From Patescibacteria group bacterium (lineage in GTDB: Bacteria; Patescibacteriota; Saccharimonadia; Saccharimonadales; 2-12-FULL-41-12): a stretch of 64,000 bases of DNA. Where the stretch lies: contig JBBTSC010000001.1 in the NCBI GenBank assembly GCA_038064875.1, forward strand, positions 379,004-443,003. Reading direction: 5' to 3'. Below are positions 49,894 to 61,597 of the stretch, one piece after another (positions within the stretch are counted from its first letter, which is position 1; each line of letters begins with the position of its first letter). A program made the position numbers and the translations under genes. The notes beneath the pieces were generated by a model that searched no databases, was not told the origin of the DNA, and was given only the letters and a program-made list of their open reading frames with translations.

Positions 49894-50927
49894 GTTATAA
49901 TCCCGCCACCGAGAACCTGATCACCATCGTAAATAACCATTGATTGACCAGCGGTAATTGCACGTGCTGGATCTTTCAAAGTGATTTTTAGTCCATGTTT
50001 TGATTTGGATAGCTTTGCTTTAGTGTGTTGCGCCCGATAGCGATGACAGACTGTATATTCTTTGCTCAGATCTGGCTCATCACCTATCCAGTGAAGTCCT
50101 GAAATTTCAAAATCATTTAACCATAGCCTTTTGTCATCGAGGTCTGTGCTGACGTAAACTTCGTTTTTATCCATATCTTTGCCAACAACATAGTATGGCA
50201 GGCCACCACCGACACCTAAGCCAGACCTTTGGCCAATAGTATAGAAAATCGCTCCGTCATGCTGACCAATCTCTTTATCGTTTTGATCTAAGATTCGACC
50301 TGGCTTAGGGCTAACGTATTGTTCCAAAAACTCTCTGATCCCAACTTTTCCTACAAAACAAATTCCTTGAGAATCCTTTTTTTTCGCTGTCGGTAAACCG
50401 AATTTTTCAGCTAAATCTCTAACTTCTTGTTTTGTATTAAAGTCACCAATAGGCATGAGGCTTTTTCTAAGAGCATCTTTTGTAACTCTGTAGAGAAAGT
50501 ATGTCTGATCTTTGTCTTTGTTCTTGGCTTTAAATAATTTGCCATCGTCTATTCGGGCGTAGTGACCTGTTGCGATCATGTCGGCACCATCTTCCAGCGC
50601 AGTGCTCAGAAATAATTTGAATTTTACTTCTTGGTTGCACATGATATCAGGATTAGGAGTTCGACCAGCTTTGTACTCATCTATCATGTAATCCACTACT
50701 TTTTGTTTGTATTCTTTCTGAAAATCATACATTTTAAAGTCAATTCCCAAATGCACAGCTACACGCTTGGCATCCATATAATCCTCACGCCAAGGGCACT
50801 CAAAACCAGGCAAATCTGTTGCCCAATTTTTCATATAAACACCCACTACTTCATGCCCTTGCTCTTTGAGCAAAGCTGCGGTTACAGACGAATCAACGCC
50901 ACCGGATAGACCAACAAAAACTTTCAT
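49890..50927 (-). CDS. mnmA: tRNA 2-thiouridine(34) synthase
   Basis: PP-loop VGLSGGVDSSV. Also RTPNPDIMCN and catalytic Cys in DSQGICFVG. Confidence 0.92.
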   Translation of the reverse strand: MKVFVGLSGGVDSSVTAALLKEQGHEVVGVYMKNWATDLPGFECPWREDYMDAKRVAVHLGIDFKMYDFQKEYKQKVVDYMIDEYKAGRTPNPDIMCNQEVKFKLFLSTALEDGADMIATGHYARIDDGKLFKAKNKDKDQTYFLYRVTKDALRKSLMPIGDFNTKQEVRDLAEKFGLPTAKKKDSQGICFVGKVGIREFLEQYVSPKPGRILDQNDKEIGQHDGAIFYTIGQRSGLGVGGGLPYYVVGKDMDKNEVYVSTDLDDKRLWLNDFEISGLHWIGDEPDLSKEYTVCHRYRAQHTKAKLSKSKHGLKITLKDPARAITAGQSMVIYDGDQVLGGGIIT

Positions 50928-50962
50928 CTATTAATTCTACCACTTTTAGGCTTACTAACTAT

Positions 50963-51853
50963 CTATAGCTCGTTGAGTTTTTTCTTCAGAACGAACAACT
51001 GGTGTCTCTTGCCTAGCCAAAATGCAATAAGTATCAGAGGAATGGTTACTAGGAGTGGCCACCAAATAATCTTGATTATCTTGTTCTTGTCATCCGTGGT
51101 ACCCGCCTTGCTAGAGTCTTGACTGAGAGCTCCGTTTGCCACACCCACTAATTGCAGGAAAGCCACATTGCCGTTTTTATCTACGGCACGAATGATAACC
51201 GTATAGACACCTGGTTGCGAATAGACATGCGAAACGTTGAAATTACCAGCGAACTGTTGACTGATAATATCCGGCGGGGTTCCATCACCCCAATCAACAC
51301 TAATTGCATAAGGCCCGTCACCACCACTGAGAGCAATCGGCCAAATTAGCGTTTGACCCACACCAGCACCACGCTTGGCATAGTTAGAGGTCAGAGATAC
51401 TCTAGAACCTAAAGATCCACCGGCGATATTGTAATTAACGATTACAGTGTTCGAATCAGGTCCAGCTTCATCAAGCTCATTATAGACTCTTGCTACAATC
51501 TCGTTCACTCCATTGAACAAGTCGATCTGAATGCTAAAACTACCATTTTTACATTGAACAGATCCCGCAAACACATTGTTTTTAAATATCTTGACCAAAC
51601 TGCCATTGGGACACAGCCCTGTTACGGTTATGGTGCCTGTGCTGGAATTGCTATTGTTGGTCGGAAAAGATATGACTGCAGGCTGTGTTGGCGCATTTGC
51701 CGGAATTGTGCCTTCTATACCTACTGACCCACTTTGAGGATTGTCCACGGCGCCAGCACCACCAACCAACACTACAGATAGACTGACAAGCAGAAGCATG
51801 AGAGCCTGAACGTAAGTTTTCCTCCACCATGAAACTTGACGCATTATTATCAA
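50963..51853 (-). CDS. Secreted PKD-domain protein with C-terminal TM anchor
   Basis: Signal-like N-terminus. PKD signature is VDWGDGTPPD...HVYSQPGVYTVIIRAVDKNGN. C-terminal helix is WWPLLVTIPLILIAFWLG. Confidence 0.7.
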   Translation of the reverse strand: MIIMRQVSWWRKTYVQALMLLLVSLSVVLVGGAGAVDNPQSGSVGIEGTIPANAPTQPAVISFPTNNSNSSTGTITVTGLCPNGSLVKIFKNNVFAGSVQCKNGSFSIQIDLFNGVNEIVARVYNELDEAGPDSNTVIVNYNIAGGSLGSRVSLTSNYAKRGAGVGQTLIWPIALSGGDGPYAISVDWGDGTPPDIISQQFAGNFNVSHVYSQPGVYTVIIRAVDKNGNVAFLQLVGVANGALSQDSSKAGTTDDKNKIIKIIWWPLLVTIPLILIAFWLGKRHQLFVLKKKLNEL

Positions 51854-51862
51854 AACCTCATT

Positions 51863-52897
51863 TTACTTTTTATGTTTTTTGAATCGGTGAGATTGCTTGT
51901 TATAAGTGTAGTATCCGCCTCCGCCAACAACGAGCACAACGGCTAGTATCAGGATGATGAACCATGCTGGTAGGTACCAAAAGACTGCCTTAGCATTAAT
52001 TTCACGTGTATTTGTTCCATTTTCTCCATATAGAGTGGATAGCTCGATCTTATAGCGTCCAGGGGCTAATTTGATAGGTTTACATGTCTCTGAATCAACT
52101 TCCTTGCCAGACTCGTCTTTGATTTTGGTCTTCTCAGTTTCTATACATGTTATGAATTTTCTAGTTTGACCAATCAAAATCAGTGAATTGTGCGGATTGA
52201 TCTGATCAACCTGTTTGACTGTCTTGCCAAATGTATTCTTTATGACCGCACTACCGGCTGGTTGCTCTGCGATATTACCTTCGTTCTTAAGCCTAAAAGC
52301 AAACTCCTTTGGTGGCTTGCTCGAAAATAGCTTCTTAAAACTACCCTGTGTCTCGTTCTTTGATACGTACGCGCCAAGTTGTTGCAATTTCAAAAGTTGT
52401 TTGGTCTCACCTGGAACCTTAACAAATACTAATGTCGCACTTGAAGCCAGCAAGTTTACTGACCCACCTGCGCTTGAAGTAACTTCATACTTAATAGCAC
52501 TGTAGTAGCTACCAGCACCCTGATTCGGCGGGATGGTGATTGATATTGGGAGTTGGATTGATTTGCCTGCTTCAATATCTACAGATTCAGGAACGCTAAC
52601 AAATGGTCGAATTGACCAGCTTGTTGGGTCAACTTTTTCACGAAGTTCAAGAGCAGGTGCCCCTGTCTCGTCCTGTGCCTTAAAATCAACGACCTTTGCA
52701 CTGAGTTTTAGATTTTGGTCTTTACTAAGATTACCGATAAATAGATTGTCTTTTATGGTCTCACCTGGCTTTACAACATAGTCTCTTCTAGGTGTAATCC
52801 CCAAGCCGTTAGATTGAGCGTCACCTAAACCTACCAATGCAGTAAATGAGGTTAACAACACAGCCACCGCCACAAAAATTAGACTTAATCTCTTCAT
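51863..52897 (-). CDS. DUF916/DUF3324-like cell-surface protein with C-terminal TM anchor and basic tail
   Basis: Signal peptide, then ITPRRDYVVKPGETIKDNLFIGNLSKDQNLKLSAKVVDF...AGKSIQLPISITIPPNQGAGSYYSAIKYEV. The C-terminus is a TM helix plus HRFKKHKK. The architecture recalls WxL-locus anchor proteins, from memory and not searched. Confidence 0.5.
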   Translation of the reverse strand: MKRLSLIFVAVAVLLTSFTALVGLGDAQSNGLGITPRRDYVVKPGETIKDNLFIGNLSKDQNLKLSAKVVDFKAQDETGAPALELREKVDPTSWSIRPFVSVPESVDIEAGKSIQLPISITIPPNQGAGSYYSAIKYEVTSSAGGSVNLLASSATLVFVKVPGETKQLLKLQQLGAYVSKNETQGSFKKLFSSKPPKEFAFRLKNEGNIAEQPAGSAVIKNTFGKTVKQVDQINPHNSLILIGQTRKFITCIETEKTKIKDESGKEVDSETCKPIKLAPGRYKIELSTLYGENGTNTREINAKAVFWYLPAWFIILILAVVLVVGGGGYYTYNKQSHRFKKHKK

Positions 52898-52936
52898 CTA
52901 TACCCTCCAGATCAAATATTTAACTTTATTGTAACA

Positions 52937-53965
52937 TCAAAAAGTGGCTACGCAAATATAGGTTATCGTGCTTGTATAGACGCCAGGCGCTTGCCCATTT
53001 GGAACATTAACGATGTAACTAACGGTGAATTTAACAGTATTAGTCTCGTCAGCAGAGCTAGCAACAACCTCTCCTGGGACAAATTTAAACTGATTTGGAA
53101 CATTATAGTCACCGGTAGGAGATGCTATGCCAAGCCCGCTCGGTTCAGCCCCAAGCGCAGGACTCGAATTAGCCCTGAGATTTAGCCCGAACTGGCTTGC
53201 ACCAACAACGCTACCCCCGCGAATACTCATTTGATCTATCGCGTTGGTACCTGAAGCCATTGTCGTTCCGTTTGCGCTAATAACGTAGCCGAAATCAGCG
53301 TTAGTCCCCCCCATCATCTGCGAAGTCGCGAACCGTGTCTGATTTGACCTGAGTTCTCCCAGATTAATGCCATAGCCACTTGCACTGGAACAATCAGTCG
53401 GGATAGAAGTACCAACACAAAATACTAATATGGGAGGAACTTCCGTTGTGATGCCAATTCCTTGAGTGGTGCTACTTACCACAGAACCACGATCAACATG
53501 CGGTCCTGTGCCATCTATTGAACTATGGGTGCTGATTCTTACGCTAAAGCTATCAATCACAGACGGGTTAGTCGCGTTACTAAAGACATATGTTGCAGTC
53601 ACTAAATTTGCAGGTACACTAGCGCGAGAAAGAATTATTTGATTGTTGGTGGCACTGTATATAGAAAATCCTGTTTCTCCACTCTCTGACGATAAGGTTA
53701 CACTCGATACATCAAGTCCAGCGGGAGCAACACAAGCTACTGTCGGTAGCGGACTTTCGCAGTACTCAAAAATGATTGAGCCAAGAGGATCACCCGAGCC
53801 AATGTTGAACTTAAATGTGTGCTGGTTAGAGGTGCTAACTTCTGTATTTTGAAGCGCAATACTTCTCTCTGAGAGATTTAACGCCTGTGCACTCCCCTGT
53901 AACATCGCGGTGGCAGACACAAAGAGCACTAATAGCAAGCTAACTGTTTTCATACCTTTAATCAT
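52937..53965 (-). CDS. Secreted beta-rich surface protein, paralogue family member 1
   Basis: Signal peptide ending AQA. It shares HTFKFNIGS..LGSIIFEYC, FSVRISTHSS...VDRGSVVSST and FGLNLRANSSP with the 54044-55291 product. It ends APGVYTSTITYICVATF. The start is uncertain: GTG 53980 in the track, ATG 53965 or ATG 53953. Confidence 0.6.
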   Translation of the reverse strand: MIKGMKTVSLLLVLFVSATAMLQGSAQALNLSERSIALQNTEVSTSNQHTFKFNIGSGDPLGSIIFEYCESPLPTVACVAPAGLDVSSVTLSSESGETGFSIYSATNNQIILSRASVPANLVTATYVFSNATNPSVIDSFSVRISTHSSIDGTGPHVDRGSVVSSTTQGIGITTEVPPILVFCVGTSIPTDCSSASGYGINLGELRSNQTRFATSQMMGGTNADFGYVISANGTTMASGTNAIDQMSIRGGSVVGASQFGLNLRANSSPALGAEPSGLGIASPTGDYNVPNQFKFVPGEVVASSADETNTVKFTVSYIVNVPNGQAPGVYTSTITYICVATF

Positions 53966-53981
53966 AATCAATTTGAACACT

Positions 53982-54021
53982 TAAAAGCAAACAACCCTGA
54001 GCTAAAATACTCAAGGTTGTT
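53982..54021 (-). terminator. Rho-independent terminator after the 415-aa surface protein gene
   Basis: The minus strand reads AACAACCTTGAG tattttag CTCAGGGTTGTT, a 12-bp stem with one G:U, followed by TGCTTTT. Confidence 0.6.
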
Positions 54022-54043
54022 TTACTAGTTTTGTTAACTTGCG

Positions 54044-55291
54044 TTAGTAAGTAGGGACAGCTATGTAAGTAACTGTAGTGGTGTAGATACCAGCTGGAGT
54101 GTTAGTAGCTATGTTACCAACATACCGAACCGCACCGGTGTCACAGACCACAACCCCGCCAGGTGCAGCCGAAGCTACCGCGACTGGAGTAGTTACTGAA
54201 GCTGTAGCAAAATTGAATTTGGCTGTTCCGAGAGCACCGTTACCCTCGTCATATCCGGTAGCAGCAGTGAGTCCTGTAGAGCCACCTGCAAATGAGTGGT
54301 TAGCGTTACCGCTGTTGATAGCAAGTCCAAAGGCTTCCGTACCAGCGGCTGTTGTAACTTCTGAGCTGAGAGCGTTGATATCATTGCTTCCATCTTCAAG
54401 AGTATCGGCAGAATAGTAGACGGACGTACCGTTAATCGCATTTGTGGATAGCCTGAAGTAAGAATGTGCGTCATATTGAGTAGCTGTATCTAGCACCCCA
54501 TCAACGTCACCAAGTGCAAGTGCACCCGTATCGTTAAGAGCCGTACAAGTACCTCCAGGGGCCACATGAGTTGAACCTACTGAGAAGTTAAGCTTTTCCT
54601 GAACCTTGGCTGTAATATCAATCTGTTGAGCTGTTGAGCTAGCTACTGTTCCACGATCTACCTGTGTAGTATATGCTGTGTCTGAGAAGGTGCTAATCCT
54701 AACAAAAAAGGTTTGGTTATCAGTAGTCGGATTAGTGATATATTCACCTGAAGTTCCACCAAATCCAATATTAATAGTCGCTCCAGAAGTTTCTGAAGCT
54801 GCTGTTCCTCTATTTATAAGGATACAGTTAACACGGCTAGCGGCCGAACCACCGTTACATCCAGTTGGCTGAGCTGTGGTTGTGTCAACAGTGAAGTTGT
54901 TTGTGCTAAAACCAGTCTGAGTGTTAAAACCTGTAGCTGAATCAATTGTGTCAGAAGTAAGTCCTGTAGGTGTAGTACAGGTAGTACCAGGAATTGGAGT
55001 TGTACAGTACTGAATCAAGACCGAACCTACGTTTCCAGTTGTGCCGATGTTAAAGGTAAATGTGTGCTTGGCTTTCTGACCATTTCCGCCTTCGCCAGGG
55101 TTTTGTGCAACACCTGCGACGTTGGTGGTTACGTTACCGTTTGCGGAGCTACTAAGTGTTAATTTTCTACTTTGAAGCTGTGCTGCGCTCGCCGATCCAC
55201 TGTTGAATGCCGGCAAAACGACTGCACTCAACATAAAAACAGCAACTACAGTTGATGAAAGCCGTATCAAACTCTTCTTGAATGTTTTCAT
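54044..55291 (-). CDS. Secreted beta-rich surface protein, paralogue family member 2 (likely major subunit)
   Basis: Signal peptide ending ASA. Thr/Gly/Ala-rich. Shared blocks are HTFTFNIGTTGNVGSVLIQYC and FFVRISTFSD...VDRGTVASST. It ends TPAGIYTTTVTYIAVPTY and is followed by its own terminator. Confidence 0.6.
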   Translation of the reverse strand: MKTFKKSLIRLSSTVVAVFMLSAVVLPAFNSGSASAAQLQSRKLTLSSSANGNVTTNVAGVAQNPGEGGNGQKAKHTFTFNIGTTGNVGSVLIQYCTTPIPGTTCTTPTGLTSDTIDSATGFNTQTGFSTNNFTVDTTTAQPTGCNGGSAASRVNCILINRGTAASETSGATINIGFGGTSGEYITNPTTDNQTFFVRISTFSDTAYTTQVDRGTVASSTAQQIDITAKVQEKLNFSVGSTHVAPGGTCTALNDTGALALGDVDGVLDTATQYDAHSYFRLSTNAINGTSVYYSADTLEDGSNDINALSSEVTTAAGTEAFGLAINSGNANHSFAGGSTGLTAATGYDEGNGALGTAKFNFATASVTTPVAVASAAPGGVVVCDTGAVRYVGNIATNTPAGIYTTTVTYIAVPTY

Positions 55292-55413
55292 GTTTTTCCT
55301 TTTAATTTCTGTTATTTTTGTTTTTGTGTAGTTTACGACAGTATTTAACCATAATTGTTATAGTAATTTCAAGTATATTTTGGAGTTAGCTGTGGAAAAC
55401 TATTATTAGAACC

Positions 55414-56145
55414 TTAAAACGTAGGTATTGCAATCACAAAATAGCTCCCGCCATATTGTCCGGAAGGAGTAATCGTTGATATGTTCATGATAAATGATAT
55501 TGTGTAGTCCGTTGTTCCGGTACTACTGGAAGAGCTAGCAATAACATCATTTTCTACATACTTAAATTGGTCAACAATATTATATCCCGTGGCAGCCGCA
55601 CCGAAGCTAAAAGTTGAATCTGGGGCCTGAGAAGGATCAGCGCCAACCGGCGGAGTTGTGTTCGCCCTCAAATTAATACCGAACTGCTCAGTTCCTGGAG
55701 AAGCGACAGCAGTTGTGGCCATTGCTGTAATTTCATTATTCGTAAATCCTGAGTTGGTTGGCGGTTTTCCTACCATTCGGACAACATAACCACTTGAGAG
55801 GTAATTCCTAACAGCAAAAGTTGTACTAGCAAATTTGGTAGTGGCTGCATCAAGAACATCAAGATCATTACTCCCACCAGCCACAGCAACTTCGAGAAGC
55901 TCCACATCAGTCGTATTAAATCCAACCCAAGACTGGTAGTTCCCGCTAGCAGTGTTACCAACAGTCAGCTCTCCGGCAGCAAGCCTTGCTTTGTAGTTAG
56001 CAGATCCAGCTTCAAGTTCTCCGCCAATACCAAAGAACGTTTCATTAACTTGATAATTTGGCGAAGTCAGCTGGGCAAACGCGTTTGCTGGCAAGGCAAC
56101 AAGTACCAAAACTACTGCTAGTGACAAAATTCTAAGCTTAACCAT
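55414..56145 (-). CDS. Secreted beta-rich surface protein, paralogue family member 3 (short)
   Basis: Signal peptide ending AFA. It shares FGINLRANTTPPVGADPS with members 1 and 2, plus the terminal motif TPSGQYGGSYFVIAIPTF. Confidence 0.55.
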   Translation of the reverse strand: MVKLRILSLAVVLVLVALPANAFAQLTSPNYQVNETFFGIGGELEAGSANYKARLAAGELTVGNTASGNYQSWVGFNTTDVELLEVAVAGGSNDLDVLDAATTKFASTTFAVRNYLSSGYVVRMVGKPPTNSGFTNNEITAMATTAVASPGTEQFGINLRANTTPPVGADPSQAPDSTFSFGAAATGYNIVDQFKYVENDVIASSSSSTGTTDYTISFIMNISTITPSGQYGGSYFVIAIPTF

Positions 56146-56261
56146 CTGTCTCTAGTTTGCGTGAAAAAGCAAAAAAGTTCAACCTTTGACGTCAGTAATC
56201 TCGAGTTTTGTATTGCTTATGCTATGGTCTATAATTACTAAAGTAGATTAACGGGGTAGAA

Positions 56262-57203
56262 ATGGAAGAGAAAAAGACAGAAGATACTGGCGTTGATGAC
56301 CTAGAGGCGGTAGAGACCAGCGAAGATACTTCGTCGGAATCAGTCGCACCTAAGCCAAAGCGACTGCCATCACTTCGACAGGTTATCGGCAAGCTCAATA
56401 TATACTTGCTCGCTTTTATATTGTTGGTACTTATTTCTGCTGTTGGTAGCTTTTTTGCATTTTATAAGGCCAAGAATTCAAATGAAATTGCTGGAGTTAG
56501 CAGTTCTCAGCTAGACCAAAGCTCTCTCGACAAACTTAAAGAAACAGACGTGAAAGTAGGCGATCCAAAGCAGATCTTGAGTGTTGAATCTAATGCAATT
56601 TTTGCCGGAAAAGTCTTGGTCAGAGACAGTTTAGAAGTAGCCGGTCAAATAAAAGTAGGTGGGCCGCTGAGCCTGCCTGGTATATCCGTGTCTGGAACAA
56701 GTAATTTTGATCAAGTTCAAATCAACAATCTACAAATTGCAGGAAATACTACCATACAAGGACAGCTCAATGTGCAGAAGGGAATGAATATAAGTGGCCC
56801 GCTGAACGTAGGCGGTACATTATCGGCAGCCTCTTTGAATATTCAAACACTGCAAATCAATGGTGATATTCTGCTAAATCGCCATATCGACGCTGGCGGG
56901 GGCACGCCAAGTCGTAGTAATGGCGGTGCTCTTGGAAATGGGGGGACTTCTTCAGTTAGCGGAACAGACACTGCTGGTACGGTAAATATAAATGTGGGTA
57001 GTAGCCCAAGTGCTGGTTGTTTTACTACTATTACTTTTTCTCAAAGATTTAACACCCCACACATAGCAATAACACCTGTTGGCTCTTCCGGAGGTGGTAT
57101 AAATTACTATATCAATAAATCGTCTGCAAACTTTAGTATTTGTACATCGTCACCAGCACCTGCTGGATCCACGTTTGCCTTTGACTATATCGTCATAGAC
57201 TAA
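56262..57203 (+). CDS. Bitopic membrane protein with beta-helix-like G-x-(L/I/V)-x repeats
   Basis: Acidic N-terminus and TM helix LNIYLLAFILLVLISAVGSFFAF. Repeats follow: VAGQIKVGGPLSLPGISVSGTSNFDQVQINNLQIAGNTTIQGQLNVQKGMNISGPLNVGGTLSAASLNIQTLQINGDI. Confidence 0.5.
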   Translation: MEEKKTEDTGVDDLEAVETSEDTSSESVAPKPKRLPSLRQVIGKLNIYLLAFILLVLISAVGSFFAFYKAKNSNEIAGVSSSQLDQSSLDKLKETDVKVGDPKQILSVESNAIFAGKVLVRDSLEVAGQIKVGGPLSLPGISVSGTSNFDQVQINNLQIAGNTTIQGQLNVQKGMNISGPLNVGGTLSAASLNIQTLQINGDILLNRHIDAGGGTPSRSNGGALGNGGTSSVSGTDTAGTVNINVGSSPSAGCFTTITFSQRFNTPHIAITPVGSSGGGINYYINKSSANFSICTSSPAPAGSTFAFDYIVID

Positions 57204-57204
57204 T

Positions 57205-57504
57205 TTATACATCAAGGAAAATTGTCACGCTGTTCTTTTTGACATGCATAATGCCTCTGGAAATTTTGAATTTTAATTCTTGACCATTTTGCCGAATAAC
57301 GACTTCGCATTTTTCAAGCAATGTCATAAAGTTATGATGTCCAGGCAAGATATCAAAAGGACCGGTTTGGTTAAGAGCAGACACGCTTTGTGCTGTGTCA
57401 TTAAAATAAACTTTATACGGAGAATAGAGCTTAACCGTTAAGTCTTTTGGTAACTCTTTTTTCTCTGATTTTTTTTCACCTTTTTCTTCTGTTTTTTTGG
57501 CCAT
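57205..57504 (-). CDS. atpC: F-type ATP synthase subunit epsilon (short)
   Basis: Position directly after atpD. Beta-sandwich-like sequence with GPFDILPGHHNFMTLL. Confidence 0.7.
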   Translation of the reverse strand: MAKKTEEKGEKKSEKKELPKDLTVKLYSPYKVYFNDTAQSVSALNQTGPFDILPGHHNFMTLLEKCEVVIRQNGQELKFKISRGIMHVKKNSVTIFLDV

Positions 57505-57506
57505 TT

Positions 57507-59663
<2,157 letters not shown>

Positions 59664-59667
<4 letters not shown>

Positions 59668-61094
59668 ACTTTAAGCTCCACAAGGACTTTGCTCTTGAGG
59701 TCATTTCTGACCTTATCATAGTCTTCATCTTTTTTAATCTTGCCAGCATATTCTATAGCCATGCTCTTAAGCTTTGCTATGTCGACTTTTTCGTTAGCAT
59801 CAGCTTCAATAACAATATCTAACATCAATTGCTGGGCCATAAGAGTATAGACATCCGTTGGACCTTGTCCTAAGATACTAAAAATATTTTTGCCTCGCTC
59901 GAGCACTGCCTTTGACTCAAGGGCAAGTTCTGATCCGAAGTGTGAAAACTCTTCTGCCTGACGGTACTCTGCCAATATTTTCATAATTGACGCTGCAATG
60001 TGTTTTTGACGCTTGTTATGGCCAACCCCACCAACACGGGTAACACTCAGACCGATGTTAACAGCAGGTCTAATACCACTCCTAAACACATCCATATCCA
60101 AGATCCACTGTCCGTCTGTGATGGACATTATGTTTGTTGGTAAATAAGCGGTAATATCTCCGCTGGAAGCTAAGACGATCGGGATACTCGTGAGGCACTT
60201 GCCGTTGCTCTCCAGCCGCCCGGCGCGCTCCAGCAAGCTTGAGTGGGCATAGAACATATCACCTGGATATGAATCTCGTCCTGGGCTAACTCCTGACAAT
60301 AGAGCAATTTCTCGACAGGCATGAGCGTGAGAAGTTAAGTCATCATAGATAATAATCGTATCTTGGTCCAGCTTTTGCCATAAAAATTCGGCCATAGACA
60401 CCGCCACATAAGGCGCAAGATAACTCATGATGAGTGAATCAAACATGGTTGACACTATGACAATTGCTGACTCCATACCTCCTGTTGCCTCTAGTTTTGA
60501 GATAAGAGCATCAATATCACTTCTTCGCTTGGCAATCATACAATATACCACTACTTGATCTGTGTTTTTCTGGTTAATAGCTAGCTGTGATGCGAGTGTT
60601 GTCTTTCCAGATTTACTGTCACCTAAAATAGCTATTCTCTGCCCCCTAACTATTGGGAATATAGCATCGATCGTTGTCACTCCACTTTCTAGTTGAGTGT
60701 CTAGAAGCTTCCTGCTCCAAAGAGGAGGAGCCGGTGAAAAGACTGGCCATGTACTATCGGCCGCAATTGGCCCTTTCCCGTCAAGTGGTTGCCCTGTAAC
60801 AGATATAACTCGTCCAATATAGTCCTTGCCAACTTTTGTTACTAACTCTTGATGTTGGATAACTGCTATAGCCCCACGTGCAATCGTCTCATCTCCCAGG
60901 TGAAGCACTGAAACAAGATTTTCATCAACCTGCTTAACTACGCCTTTACTACCGTCTTCGAACATAACTAGCGCATTGATCTGGATGGGATGCAGTCCCT
61001 TTACTTTGACTAAAAATTTATCAACAGACACAACTTCACCTACCGGCTTGCCACTTTCGACAATTTTCTGGAACATTGTTCGGCCTTCACTCAT
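59664..61094 (-). CDS. atpA: F-type ATP synthase subunit alpha
   Basis: P-loop [17 protein letters not shown], and the [20 protein letters not shown] block. Confidence 0.92.
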
Positions 61095-61591
61095 TGTTTT
61101 GATACCTTTTCAATACCTTGCTTTAGCAGAACCTTTTTTTCTTGCAGACGATTTTTAAGACTGCAGTCAAAGATCTTGTTTTCTGTCCTCACCACGCAAC
61201 CAATTCCAATAGTAGGTTCTAGTCCAATCCTAACCAAAGAGTAGTGGTTAATATTCCCTCTGAGCCAACCTACTATAGTCTCAAGGCCGGAGCGTGATGG
61301 CTCAGACGGAAAACTAAAATGCACCACTGGTGCATGCTTATCGATAATATCAAGTTGCTTTAGAAGAAGCTGTCTGTCTTTGGGTTCTAAAATAGATAGT
61401 CCGTTATCTTGAGCTAATTCCTCAACTGCTCGACTAACTTTAGGTATTGCAGTTGGTTGACCTTTGCCTCGTAATTTAGCCTGGTGAAAATATTCATCAA
61501 GTTGCTTAACTTCTCTAATAGTCCTACTAAGATCTGTGCTTGTTAAGACCCAATTACTTAGTTTGAAGGCAGGTTTACTACGCTTTTCCAT
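61091..61591 (-). CDS. atpH: F-type ATP synthase subunit delta (OSCP)
   Basis: Operon position. The C-terminus [28 protein letters not shown] matches the OSCP C-terminal pattern. Confidence 0.65.
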   Translation of the reverse strand: MEKRSKPAFKLSNWVLTSTDLSRTIREVKQLDEYFHQAKLRGKGQPTAIPKVSRAVEELAQDNGLSILEPKDRQLLLKQLDIIDKHAPVVHFSFPSEPSRSGLETIVGWLRGNINHYSLVRIGLEPTIGIGCVVRTENKIFDCSLKNRLQEKKVLLKQGIEKVSKQ

Positions 61592-61597
61592 AAATAC

